In this document: piece after piece, positions 37,948 through 47,729 of the stretch
Position numbering within the stretch: the first letter of the stretch is position 1
Layout of the letters: every line of letters begins with the position of its first letter
Source: a virus
Strand: one strand, 5' to 3'
Virus genome (UHGV): UHGV-1350217
DNA: 64,000 nt
Notes under the pieces: model-generated
What the model was told of the DNA's origin: nothing
Seen by the model: the letters and a program-made list of their open reading frames with translations, nothing else
The model's database searches: none
Made by a program: the position numbers and the translations under genes

Positions 37948-39122
37948 TGCTTATACCTTTTACTACAAGCAATATAAAGAGTGTCCAAACTGAGACATCT
38001 CCTGATGGTAAGAATAAAGTTACGACTACTATAGTTCAATATGAGATACCAGCAGAGTTAACTAGCTTTGCTACTAATATTGAAGCTATATTAAACGTTA
38101 ATAACAATATAGAGAATGTTAAGAAAGTATCTGGTGCTATAGAAATATGCAATAAGATACTAGCTGAGATAGATACTCTAAAAGCTGTAAATGCTAATAT
38201 AGAGACTATTAAACAAGTAAATTCTATGAAAGCCTCTATAGAGACTATTAAAGATACTCTAGATGTACTAAGAACTACTAATAATAATCTAGACCTATTA
38301 AAAGCTATCTATGCAGATAAAGAGATGTATAAAACACTCTATGGCTTTAGAGATGCTTATGTTAATGATTCAGAGAATATGCAAGTATTAAAAGACATCT
38401 ATGCTAAGCTAGAGAAATTACTAGGAGTATATGACAAATTAGATGTAATATCTATAGTATATGACCATTTACTAGCTATAGAGATAGTAGCTCAAGGTAT
38501 GTCTAATATCGTTACATTTAACAGCAATATAGAGACATACAAACAGCTAGTAACATTAAAGAATGACATAGCTACGCTAGCTAGTAATATGGTCATAATC
38601 AAAGAAGCATTAGAGAAATTAAATGACTTACCTAGACTTACTAATGAACTAGAAGCTAAACTTACTACTAAAATTACTCAAGCCTTAGCAGATATAGATT
38701 CTAAAGCTAAAGAAGTATTAAAGCAAATAGCTGATAGCTTTGTTAAATGGGAACTAGAACTCACTAAGATTCAAAAAGAGATTAGTGATTTTAAACTAGA
38801 TACCAAACAAGCATTAGACAATATCTCTACTCAGATACTACCTAGTGTAAACAAGAATAAAGATGACATTGCTAAGCTAGATACTAAGCTTAATAATGAA
38901 TTATTGCTACTTAAACAAGAGATTCTTAGTATTAAAGAGAAATATACAGGTCATCAGATTGTTAATAACATTACTTCTACTGAAACTACTACAGCTACAG
39001 AAACTAAGAATGTTACAGAGACCAAAAATGTTACAGCTGATGTTAAAGCTACTGTAACAAGTACTAATAATAACACTACAACTAACAATATTACTAATCT
39101 AGGAAATGGAGAAGATATCTAA
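37947..39122 (+). CDS. Coiled-coil fibre-like protein with internal NIE..VK/IK heptad-like repeats and a Thr/Asn-rich C-terminal tail
   Basis: Repeats NIEAILNVNNNIENVKKV / NANIETIKQV / KASIETIKDT. C-terminal TETTTATETKNVTETKNVT...TNNNTTTNNITN. Confidence 0.5.
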   Translation: MLIPFTTSNIKSVQTETSPDGKNKVTTTIVQYEIPAELTSFATNIEAILNVNNNIENVKKVSGAIEICNKILAEIDTLKAVNANIETIKQVNSMKASIETIKDTLDVLRTTNNNLDLLKAIYADKEMYKTLYGFRDAYVNDSENMQVLKDIYAKLEKLLGVYDKLDVISIVYDHLLAIEIVAQGMSNIVTFNSNIETYKQLVTLKNDIATLASNMVIIKEALEKLNDLPRLTNELEAKLTTKITQALADIDSKAKEVLKQIADSFVKWELELTKIQKEISDFKLDTKQALDNISTQILPSVNKNKDDIAKLDTKLNNELLLLKQEILSIKEKYTGHQIVNNITSTETTTATETKNVTETKNVTADVKATVTSTNNNTTTNNITNLGNGEDI

Positions 39123-40866
39123 GATGAAAAAGCATATATTCTATATTACTTACACACCTAAAGTTGAATACAATGGTACTATTCCTACAGACCCTAAGCA
39201 ATTCAAAGACTTAGTAGAATCTATCTGGGATACCGATGGTAAAAAGATAGTAGAGAAGTTATTAGTTAGAAACATAGATACTAAAATAGATTTTAGAGGT
39301 ATCTATTACAATAAGAAGTTTAAGTTTATAGGTATAGTTCAATTACCTACTAAGAATGCTGATATAGAGCATTATAAAGACTATATGACACTATATACAC
39401 TTAGTGGCACTGGTGAAGGTACTAGTGCAGACCTAACTCCTCTAAATACAGCCATAGAAGCTTTGAAAAAAGAACTAGCTGATTTAAAAGCTAAAGGACT
39501 ACAAGGAAGTATTACAGAGGATAAAGTCAAAGAGTTAATCAATAATAGCGCTATTGAAACTAATAAGATTATTGAAAGTCTAAAGAAAGATAACTCTACA
39601 GAGATTACTAAGTTACTTCAAGAGATACTTAATAATAAAGAGACTATCAAAGAGACTATTAAGAATATAGCAGAGATACAAAAACTAGAAAGAGAGTTTA
39701 ATCAAAAACTTACTGAGACTAATAATAAAGTTACTACTCTAGAAAGTAAAACTACAACTTTAGAGACTAAAACTAAAGAATTAGAAACTAAAGCTAATGG
39801 AATACTATCCAAAGAGGAACTATTAAAACTACTAGGTGATGCTAAAGTAAAGAACTCTGATAATCTAGGAGGTATTCCATCTAGTGGATTCATTAGAAAC
39901 TATATGAATAATTCTTTGACTGACCAAGATTTAAACTCTATAGATTATCCAGGGTTCTTTTCACAAAAAGATAAGACTAAAGCTCTAGCAGCTAAGAATT
40001 ATCCTAAAGATAGTCTAATAGGTATTCTATTTGTAGGAAACTCTGTAAGTCCTCAGCAAGTTTACTTTGCTAATGAAACTAATGAAATATATGTTAGAAG
40101 TAAAACAGCAGGTGATTGGACAACTTGGACAAAGACTTCATTAGATTTTAACTCTATTAAACCTGAAATTGAAACTTTAATTACTGAAAAGACTAATACA
40201 GTAATTGAAAGCAAACTAGCTAATATAATAGCCAAAGACAGTGAAAAGTTAGGTGGGTTAGATAAGACTAAGTTTATTAGAGATTATATGACTGGTCAGA
40301 GTTCCATTAATAATAGAGATATTAATGATATTACTGAGCCAGGATTTTATTATATAGATTCTGACTCTTTAATACACACAGAAAATTATCCAGAGAACTT
40401 TAATATTAATGGTAATCATTCAGAATCTCTTTTAATAGTAAGCTTTATAAGCCAGCCAGCTCAATTTCTTATTACTGGTTATGGTCAAATGTACTTTCGC
40501 TATAAAGGCTTTATGGCAGGTACACTAATGTGGTATCCTTGGCAGTATATGAATAAACCTATAGACTTACCTATTCTGACATTTGATATAACTCATACTT
40601 CAGTTAATAACATTTATCCTACTATCTATAGACCTAATTTAGAGATTACTCTAACACAAGCTGGTCAGACTATGTCTTTTAATAATTCAGTATTTTCTAA
40701 TGAAGGAATTAGTGGTATGATAGTAGTTCATAACACTAAGAATATTTCTGATTTTGCAGATGAATGTATTTGGGCTACTGAAAAACCTACTGAATTAAGA
40801 GATACTGAGTATTTTACTTATATGGTATTACCAGGTAATAAGATACTATTAGGTAGAGTATATTAA
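39106..40866 (+). CDS. Tail fibre protein (coiled-coil shaft plus C-terminal globular domain)
   Basis: 586 aa. Long K/E/L-rich coiled coil (residues about 110-230), then a Y/W/N-rich C-terminal domain. Confidence 0.5.
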   Translation: MEKISKMKKHIFYITYTPKVEYNGTIPTDPKQFKDLVESIWDTDGKKIVEKLLVRNIDTKIDFRGIYYNKKFKFIGIVQLPTKNADIEHYKDYMTLYTLSGTGEGTSADLTPLNTAIEALKKELADLKAKGLQGSITEDKVKELINNSAIETNKIIESLKKDNSTEITKLLQEILNNKETIKETIKNIAEIQKLEREFNQKLTETNNKVTTLESKTTTLETKTKELETKANGILSKEELLKLLGDAKVKNSDNLGGIPSSGFIRNYMNNSLTDQDLNSIDYPGFFSQKDKTKALAAKNYPKDSLIGILFVGNSVSPQQVYFANETNEIYVRSKTAGDWTTWTKTSLDFNSIKPEIETLITEKTNTVIESKLANIIAKDSEKLGGLDKTKFIRDYMTGQSSINNRDINDITEPGFYYIDSDSLIHTENYPENFNINGNHSESLLIVSFISQPAQFLITGYGQMYFRYKGFMAGTLMWYPWQYMNKPIDLPILTFDITHTSVNNIYPTIYRPNLEITLTQAGQTMSFNNSVFSNEGISGMIVVHNTKNISDFADECIWATEKPTELRDTEYFTYMVLPGNKILLGRVY

Positions 40867-40876
40867 GGAGTCTTAA

Positions 40877-42004
40877 ATGAATACTATGCTTATGGCTACT
40901 TATATACCAAAACAGCAAGAAACTCCAGCTAGACTTATTACTGATATATATCCTTATGGTTCCTTTGACCATAAGGAACATATACAGACTAATACTAATA
41001 AAGTCATTATGAGATATATGCCTTATAGTTATACTGGAATGTTAGAAGTTAGATTACGTTTAAATGATGGTAAATATGAAGTATTTATACCTCATATTAG
41101 CGTTATTCTTGGAGAAGGTGGTACTAGCGTACCAACTACTAAAGAGAATATCAAATATACAGTTAAGATTACTAATTACAATGAGATTATAGTCTATGCT
41201 GATGGTAATCCTATAATGTTTAAAGATGCTTCTAAAGAATTACAAGTATCCTATGCTAGTCCTTATTATATTGGTAAAGTTTCTATACCTAATAATCCTA
41301 TGAATCTTGATACTTATAAGAACTATATTTCTAAATCAGAATTAGGAGGTCTTTATTATCATCAGACTGGAGGAGAGTTCTTAAAAAATGAAGCTCATAT
41401 TAAAGAAGGAACTTCAGCTACTGCTGTACTGTTCAAAGATACATATGATAAAAATCAGGCATTAAAAGGGGTTACAATAGCAGGTTGGACTAATGCTGTT
41501 AATCCATTAGTAGAATTTCCTAAAGATATTAGTACTAAGACAATTCAATATATGAAAATACCTTTAGATATGAGCAAGTTTGTTAAATTACCTAGTCAGA
41601 CTGAATATTCTTTTGTATTAGAATTAAAAGCTACTATAGGTTGGTATGATGAAAACTCTATGCTAACAGGTAATAAAGCTAATTTAACTAATACTAATGA
41701 GATTCACGGATATGCTCTAGTAATAGATAGTAAAATCTATGCTTCTATGATTCCTTATACTACTAAGTGGGAAAAGAAAGACTTTGATACTAATATAGAA
41801 CACACACAGCATTCTATGCTAGGATTAGCAATGAAAGTAGATAAAGATGGTCATAGTTTGCTTATAGTAGATGAGCATATTAGAAGTCTAGAATCCCTAG
41901 AGATAATTGCTCATAGTGATTATGATGGAGGTGGTGAACTAGATATATGTAATATTCTAGGTAATGATGAAACCCTATCAGCTTATCAAAAGGACTTAGA
42001 ATGA
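40877..42004 (+). CDS. Hypothetical tail/receptor-binding protein
   Basis: 375-aa ORF in the fibre cluster. Confidence 0.4.
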   Translation: MNTMLMATYIPKQQETPARLITDIYPYGSFDHKEHIQTNTNKVIMRYMPYSYTGMLEVRLRLNDGKYEVFIPHISVILGEGGTSVPTTKENIKYTVKITNYNEIIVYADGNPIMFKDASKELQVSYASPYYIGKVSIPNNPMNLDTYKNYISKSELGGLYYHQTGGEFLKNEAHIKEGTSATAVLFKDTYDKNQALKGVTIAGWTNAVNPLVEFPKDISTKTIQYMKIPLDMSKFVKLPSQTEYSFVLELKATIGWYDENSMLTGNKANLTNTNEIHGYALVIDSKIYASMIPYTTKWEKKDFDTNIEHTQHSMLGLAMKVDKDGHSLLIVDEHIRSLESLEIIAHSDYDGGGELDICNILGNDETLSAYQKDLE

Positions 42005-42351
42005 TACATAGACCTATTTTAAAACCTTATAATAAAAGACAATTTGAAGTAGCTGAGGATTATGAGTTTGAAGGTATGATTATCCCTAAAGGCTATCAGA
42101 CTAATGGTGCTAATATACCTAGAGTATTCTGGAGTTTATTCCCTCCTAATAGTCCAGAGTATCTTAGTGCAGCTCTAATACACGATTATATGTATGATTT
42201 AGCTATGGGTACTTATGCCAATCCTCTAGGGATTACATTTAAAGATGCAGATAAGAAGTTCTATGAGAATCTACTAGAACTCAATGTGCCTAAATGGAAA
42301 GCTTGGTTATTCTATAAAAGTATTAGACTATATTCTAAAATTAGGTGGTAA
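42001..42351 (+). CDS. DUF1353-like small phage protein
   Basis: GANIPRVFWSLFPPNSPEYLSAALIHDYMYD resembles the conserved core of the DUF1353 family (assigned from memory). Confidence 0.4.
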   Translation: MIHRPILKPYNKRQFEVAEDYEFEGMIIPKGYQTNGANIPRVFWSLFPPNSPEYLSAALIHDYMYDLAMGTYANPLGITFKDADKKFYENLLELNVPKWKAWLFYKSIRLYSKIRW

Positions 42352-42710
42352 AAATGAAGTTTATAAGTAGTAAAGTAATCATAATCTGCTTAATATTAGC
42401 AATAGTATCCTTTGGGATTAGTTTTTATAATCTAGGAACTAAAATAAAGCTATTAGAGGCTGAGAATATGCAATATAAACAAGTAATTCAAGATTATAAT
42501 ACTACTGTAGAGGATTTAAAAGTTGAGATTCTTAGAGTATCTAATATAGCTAATCATAATGCTAAAGTAGCTGCTAAATTAGATAGCTCTAAGGCTAAGC
42601 AAGTAATTAAAGTTAAAGTAAAGAAAGAGGATAATTATGAAGTATCTAACGATATTAATCTTACTCGTGAACTTGATAGGCTGTGGGAACAAACAATCAA
42701 CAGTAAGTAA
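42345..42710 (+). CDS. i-spanin (Rz-like): N-terminal TM helix plus periplasmic coiled coil
   Basis: VIIICLILAIVSFGISFY TM segment, then K/E-rich coiled coil. The o-spanin ORF overlaps its 3' end in the +1 frame. Confidence 0.6.
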   Translation: MVKMKFISSKVIIICLILAIVSFGISFYNLGTKIKLLEAENMQYKQVIQDYNTTVEDLKVEILRVSNIANHNAKVAAKLDSSKAKQVIKVKVKKEDNYEVSNDINLTRELDRLWEQTINSK

Positions 42711-42909
42711 ACCTATAGTGGTAACTTGTACTCCTATTAGTCTCAAAGAATTTTATCCTACAAAGATTTCTAAGCCATCATTTGATAGTAATCAAGCTAT
42801 CCTCGATAGTTATGGAGAGTTATTAAAAAGCTATAGTATTAATACTAAGAAACTTCTTAATCTAATAGAGTTAGTTAAGAATCAAAATAAGCAATGCAAA
42901 GGTAACTAG
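42637..42909 (+). CDS. o-spanin (Rz1-like) outer-membrane lipoprotein, partly embedded in the i-spanin gene
   Basis: MKYLTILILLVNLIGC lipobox, Pro-rich mature region, C-terminal Cys. Confidence 0.6.
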   Translation: MKYLTILILLVNLIGCGNKQSTVSKPIVVTCTPISLKEFYPTKISKPSFDSNQAILDSYGELLKSYSINTKKLLNLIELVKNQNKQCKGN

Positions 42910-43257
42910 ATGGACGAGACTACTGTAGCTATACCTAATGCAGACCCTAGTAGTCTCTTAACATCTATAGTATCTAATGCTAAGACTTTTGAGACTCTAG
43001 GTATTACTGGAGTACTGTTTATTCTAGTTATAGCTCTAGGATTTATGCTAGTATTTAAATTACGTAATGATACTAAGCTTACTAATATTGCTACACAGCT
43101 AAGTGCTTTAGCTACAGCTACTAGTAATGCTAATGAGATGAATAAAGAACTTAATTCATCTAATATGAAGTTTATAGAGCATTATTTAGAAACTATCAAG
43201 CAAGCATTAGATAAGTTAGAAGGATATATCTTGGATATAAAAGAGAGGCATAGCTAA
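42910..43257 (+). CDS. Single-TM protein (holin candidate)
   Basis: ITGVLFILVIALGFMLVF TM helix; 115 aa; sits between the two spanin-like pairs. Confidence 0.35.
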   Translation: MDETTVAIPNADPSSLLTSIVSNAKTFETLGITGVLFILVIALGFMLVFKLRNDTKLTNIATQLSALATATSNANEMNKELNSSNMKFIEHYLETIKQALDKLEGYILDIKERHS

Positions 43258-43586
43258 TGGAAATTGCTAAGATATTACAAATAGTCAGTGTTACTATAAT
43301 AGTAGGTCTAAGTACATATGCTTATTACCTATCATCTAAGCTAGACCAAACTAAGTATGAACTAGCTAATAAGATAATAGAGATGAATCTATGCAAAGCA
43401 GATAAGCAAACAGCTGAAGCTAAGATAGAGTTACAAAATACTCAAATTAAAGCTTTAGCTATTAAGCCCTTAGATGAAAAAGAACTAAAGAAACATATTA
43501 AAGTACTAGAGAAAGTAGAAGTTCCTAAAGAAAATACTGATTCTAAGAAAGTAGAATACTATGAAAATCTCTTTGATAATATGTAG
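43257..43586 (+). CDS. Second i-spanin-like protein (N-terminal TM plus coiled coil)
   Basis: ILQIVSVTIIVGLSTYAYYL TM segment, then a coiled coil. The downstream lipoprotein ORF overlaps its 3' end. Confidence 0.5.
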   Translation: MEIAKILQIVSVTIIVGLSTYAYYLSSKLDQTKYELANKIIEMNLCKADKQTAEAKIELQNTQIKALAIKPLDEKELKKHIKVLEKVEVPKENTDSKKVEYYENLFDNM

Positions 43587-43785
43587 TGCTATATTGCTTA
43601 TAGGTTGTTCTAAAGAGCCTATAGTAAGGACTGAATATAAAACAGTAAATGTTCCAGTTAAATGTACTGAAGCTATGCCTAGTAAACCTAGATATATCAA
43701 AGGCAATTTAAAGAGTGCTAGAGATTTAATGGCATATTATAAGAAATGTGAATTAATATTAATAAATTGTATAAAGGATAACTAA
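43561..43785 (+). CDS. Second o-spanin-like outer-membrane lipoprotein
   Basis: MKISLIICSAILLIGC lipobox; small mature domain with three Cys. Confidence 0.5.
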   Translation: MKISLIICSAILLIGCSKEPIVRTEYKTVNVPVKCTEAMPSKPRYIKGNLKSARDLMAYYKKCELILINCIKDN

Positions 43786-44201
43786 TGCTAATGAGTATAA
43801 CTAGATTTAAAGAGATAGATGATAGAACTATAGGTAAGTTTACAATTACAGAGGATGGAGAGTTATTTCTTAGTGGATATACTTGTGAACCAGCAGGGCC
43901 TGATACTATTCTAAGTGGTAAAGATAAGAGAATACCACAAGGAGAATATACTATTACTTGGCATAACAGCCCTAGATTTAATAGACTACTTCCATTAATA
44001 TTTAACTCTCAAGTACCTGCTACTAGATGTATATTAATACATTCAGGCAATACTGGAAAGAATACTGAAGGATGTATTCTAGTAGGTAAGACTTATGATA
44101 ATAATGGAGTATGGAGTTCTAGAGAGACTCTAAATGCTTTAATAGAGATATTCCAAAAAGCTAAAGATATTAAACTAGTAATAACTAATCAAATAGGATA
44201 G
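43785..44201 (+). CDS. Putative cell-wall hydrolase/endolysin candidate (YkuD-like His...Cys motif)
   Basis: ILIHSGNTGKNTEGCILVG resembles the L,D-transpeptidase-fold H-x(n)-[ST]-x-G-C-[ILV] catalytic motif. Sits directly after the spanins, where an endolysin is expected. Confidence 0.35.
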   Translation: MLMSITRFKEIDDRTIGKFTITEDGELFLSGYTCEPAGPDTILSGKDKRIPQGEYTITWHNSPRFNRLLPLIFNSQVPATRCILIHSGNTGKNTEGCILVGKTYDNNGVWSSRETLNALIEIFQKAKDIKLVITNQIG

Positions 44202-44205
44202 ACAG

Positions 44206-46269
44206 ATGATAGCAAATGAGGAAAAAGCTCTTAGAATATTCAAAGCGGATTTCATCTCGGCTCAGAATGCTAAGAAAGAGATAGAAGCTAAAATGGAGGA
44301 ATGGAGAGATAGATATAATGGTAAGCCATATGGAAATGAGACTAAAGATGGCTCTAGGTCTAAGATAGTATCTAGAGATATTAAAAAGCAATCTGAATGG
44401 CAACACGCTGAACTATTAGACCCATTTGTATCTACTCCTGATATTATTCAAGCTAATCCTAATAGTTATGAGGATGCAGAAATAGCACCTAGAATAGGTC
44501 TATTGCTTAACACTCAATTTTGCTTGCAATTTAATAGATATAACTTTATGGCTAAAGCTCTTAAAGTTTTAGATGTAGAAGGAACTTGTGTAGTTAGATT
44601 AGGCTGGGAATATGAGGAAAAAGAAGTAGTAGATTTAGTCTATGATGAAATCCCTAATCCTCAATTACAGCAATTAAAATTAATTATTCAGCAAGCTCTA
44701 GAGCAAGGAGACCAACAAACTGCTATAGAGTTACAACAACAAGGACAGCAATTACCTCCTACTATAAAGCAACCTAGACAAGTTAAAAGAGTAAAGCCTA
44801 TTAAAAATCATCCTACAGCTACAGTATGCAGAAATGATGATATATTCATAGACCCTACTTGTATGGATGACTTCGAAAATTGTCAATTTATAATTCATAG
44901 ATATGAGACAGATTTAAGTCATCTAAAGAAAGCTGGTATCTATAAAAACCTAGAGGAAATTAAAATCAAACTAGATAGCTCTAATATAGATGGAGTATAT
45001 GATGATTACAAAAGACCTGATAGATATCTATTTAACTTTGAAGATAAAACTAGACGTAAACTACTAGTCTATGAATATTGGGGATTCTATGACATTAATA
45101 ATGATGGTATTAATGAATCTATAGTATGTACTTGGGTAGGTGATACTATCATTAGATTTGAGGAGAATCCATATCCTGATAAAAAGCTTCCATTTGTAGT
45201 TACTCCATTTACTCCTATTCCTTTTCAGATGTATGGTGAATCTAATGCTGAATTACTAGATGATATACAAAAAGTTAAGACTGCTATTTATAGAGGATTT
45301 GTAGATAATATGGCATTAAGTAATAATGCTCAAAAAGGTATTAGACAAGGAGTACTAGACCAAGCTAATAGAATTAAGTTCTTAGCAGGTAAGAACTTTA
45401 CCTTTGCAGCTAATGGTAATCCAGCTGTAGATTTCTATGAAGGACATTTCAATGAATTACCTGGAAGTATCTTTAATATGCTTCAATTACTATCTAATGA
45501 AGCTGAGAGTATCACTGGAGTTAAGTCTTTTAATCAAGGATTAAATAGCAATACTCTAGGGGGTACAGCTACAGGTATACAAGGAGTACTTACTAGTGCT
45601 AGTACCCGTAGATTAAATATAGTCAGAAACATCTCTGAGAACTTAGTAAAGCCTATACTACGTAAATGGCTAGCATATGATGCAGAGTTTCTAGATGAGG
45701 AAACTCAGATTAGAATAACTAATGATGAGTTTCTATGGCTTAAAAGAGACGACTTAGGAGCTAATATAGACATAGTACTATCTATCTCTACAGCTGATGA
45801 TAATCAATCTAAAGCTAATAGCCTTACTATGATGTTACAGACTACAGCTCAATCATTACCGTTTGAAATTACTAAGCCTCTATTAATACAAATGGCTCAG
45901 TTATATAGAATGCCAGATTTAGCTAAAGCAATAGCAGATTATACTCCTCAACCACCTCAACCAACTCCTGAGGAACAGCAAATGGCTCAACTACAACTAG
46001 AGGGTATGCAAGCAGAGAATGCTCTAACTATGTCTAAAGTAGATAAGAATCAAGTAGATAATGAATACAAGCAAGCTAGAACAGAGAGTGAAAAAGCTAA
46101 AGCAGCTAATATAGCTTCTAAGACAGATAAGCAAGACTTAGATTATCTACACGATTACTATCAAACTAAGGCTAAAAATGAAGCAGATAAGCAAGCTAGA
46201 CAGCAGAAGTTTGATATTGATAAAGAAACTTTAAAACTATTAGAAAACTCTAATAGGAAGTATTTATAA
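44206..46269 (+). CDS. Portal protein (T7/podovirus-type head-tail connector)
   Basis: 687 aa. C-terminal Q/M-rich PEEQQMAQLQLEGMQAEN resembles the T7 gp8 tail EEQKQQKMAQQSMQMG. Upstream of scaffold and capsid. Confidence 0.7.
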   Translation: MIANEEKALRIFKADFISAQNAKKEIEAKMEEWRDRYNGKPYGNETKDGSRSKIVSRDIKKQSEWQHAELLDPFVSTPDIIQANPNSYEDAEIAPRIGLLLNTQFCLQFNRYNFMAKALKVLDVEGTCVVRLGWEYEEKEVVDLVYDEIPNPQLQQLKLIIQQALEQGDQQTAIELQQQGQQLPPTIKQPRQVKRVKPIKNHPTATVCRNDDIFIDPTCMDDFENCQFIIHRYETDLSHLKKAGIYKNLEEIKIKLDSSNIDGVYDDYKRPDRYLFNFEDKTRRKLLVYEYWGFYDINNDGINESIVCTWVGDTIIRFEENPYPDKKLPFVVTPFTPIPFQMYGESNAELLDDIQKVKTAIYRGFVDNMALSNNAQKGIRQGVLDQANRIKFLAGKNFTFAANGNPAVDFYEGHFNELPGSIFNMLQLLSNEAESITGVKSFNQGLNSNTLGGTATGIQGVLTSASTRRLNIVRNISENLVKPILRKWLAYDAEFLDEETQIRITNDEFLWLKRDDLGANIDIVLSISTADDNQSKANSLTMMLQTTAQSLPFEITKPLLIQMAQLYRMPDLAKAIADYTPQPPQPTPEEQQMAQLQLEGMQAENALTMSKVDKNQVDNEYKQARTESEKAKAANIASKTDKQDLDYLHDYYQTKAKNEADKQARQQKFDIDKETLKLLENSNRKYL

Positions 46270-46317
46270 GCTTAAAGCTTATGTTATACTTAAATAACTT
46301 TATACAAGGAGAAATAT

Positions 46318-46614
46318 ATGAATGATGAACTCTTAGATGAGTTGGAAAATGCTGATTTAGTTACAGGAGATAACTCTTATAACGTAAAGCTAGCTAAGGC
46401 ATTATCAAGACTAGAGAATAACAAAGACTTTCAGTTAGTTATTTTAGATGGCTTTATGCAAGAGAAAGTAGTCTCTATGGCTATGCAATTATCTATTCCA
46501 GGAGCTGATAAAGGTACTATTATGGAGTATCTAATAGCAGCTAATAAACTAAGAGACTATTTCATCGCTATTAAAAATCTAGCTGGTGAAATTGACAACG
46601 AAACTAAGGATTAA
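46318..46614 (+). CDS. Hypothetical small protein
   Basis: 98 aa, between portal and scaffold. Confidence 0.45.
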   Translation: MNDELLDELENADLVTGDNSYNVKLAKALSRLENNKDFQLVILDGFMQEKVVSMAMQLSIPGADKGTIMEYLIAANKLRDYFIAIKNLAGEIDNETKD

Positions 46615-46616
46615 TT

Positions 46617-47714
46617 ATGGCAGAGGATATTAAGAAGGAACTAACCGACGAAGATGTATATAATATGTCTGAGGAGGAGTTCAACAAGTTTCTACAAGAT
46701 GATTTAGATAAGTTAAATACCACTGAAGTAGCTGATGAACCTACAGAACAACCTACAGAGGAAGTTACTAAAACTCCTACTGAGGAAGTAGCTAAAACTG
46801 ATGAAAATCAAGAACCTGTAGAACAACCAAAAGAGGAAACACCTGTAGAAACTCCTACAGATAATGCTTCTAATGACGAATCTACAAGTAACGATAATAA
46901 AGCAGAGGAAACTCCTGAGACTTATACCATTAGGGCTAATAAGCAAGACTATACACTTACACTAGATGAAATCAAAAATCTAGCAAGTAAAGGTATAGAC
47001 TATACTAAAAAGACTCAGCAGTTTAAAGAGTATCTACCTGTTTTAGATGCACTGAAACAGCAAGGAATTAAACCTGAATCTATTAATGTCTTAATAGACG
47101 TTGCTAAAGGCAATAAAGAAGCTATTAAGAGCATTATCAAAGCTAATAATATAGACCCTATGGATTTAGATGATTCTATGTCTGTTGCAGATGATGATGG
47201 TAAGGAATCAAAACCTTATGCTCCACAAGAGTATAGACCTAATTATGCTAAGCAGGAACTAGATGAAGTTGTTGCTAGACTCTCACAAGAGCCTGAATAT
47301 TATAAACAGACTATTTCTGTAGTTAGTAGTTTAGACGATGTCTCTAAAGATTTTCTGCAAAATAATCCTGCTGCTATTGAAGGTTTGCAGAATGATATTA
47401 AATCTGGAGAATATGCTAAGACTATGACTTATGCTAATACACTAGCAGTTAGAGATAATTTCTCTAAGCCTGTTCTAGAGTATTACATTAATGCAGCTAG
47501 AGAATTAGCTATGAATAATATTCAAAGAGCAGCTAGTACTAAAGACCAAGATATTGCTAGAGAACGACAAAGAATAGAGAATAGAAATAAAGTAGTAGCT
47601 TCTAATCCAGTAGCTACACCTCCTGCTAAAGACCTAGTAGGTAAAGATGCAGAGGATGCTATATTTTCAATGTCTACTGAGGAGTTCCAGAAGTATCTTG
47701 AAAGTATTAAATAA
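46617..47714 (+). CDS. Scaffolding protein candidate
   Basis: Acidic 365-aa protein with PTEE/PVE repeats (EQPTEEVTKTPTEEVAKTDENQEPVEQPKEETPVETPTD). Located between portal and capsid as in T7-like and N4-like phages. Confidence 0.55.
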   Translation: MAEDIKKELTDEDVYNMSEEEFNKFLQDDLDKLNTTEVADEPTEQPTEEVTKTPTEEVAKTDENQEPVEQPKEETPVETPTDNASNDESTSNDNKAEETPETYTIRANKQDYTLTLDEIKNLASKGIDYTKKTQQFKEYLPVLDALKQQGIKPESINVLIDVAKGNKEAIKSIIKANNIDPMDLDDSMSVADDDGKESKPYAPQEYRPNYAKQELDEVVARLSQEPEYYKQTISVVSSLDDVSKDFLQNNPAAIEGLQNDIKSGEYAKTMTYANTLAVRDNFSKPVLEYYINAARELAMNNIQRAASTKDQDIARERQRIENRNKVVASNPVATPPAKDLVGKDAEDAIFSMSTEEFQKYLESIK

Positions 47715-47729
47715 TAAAAGGATTTAATT

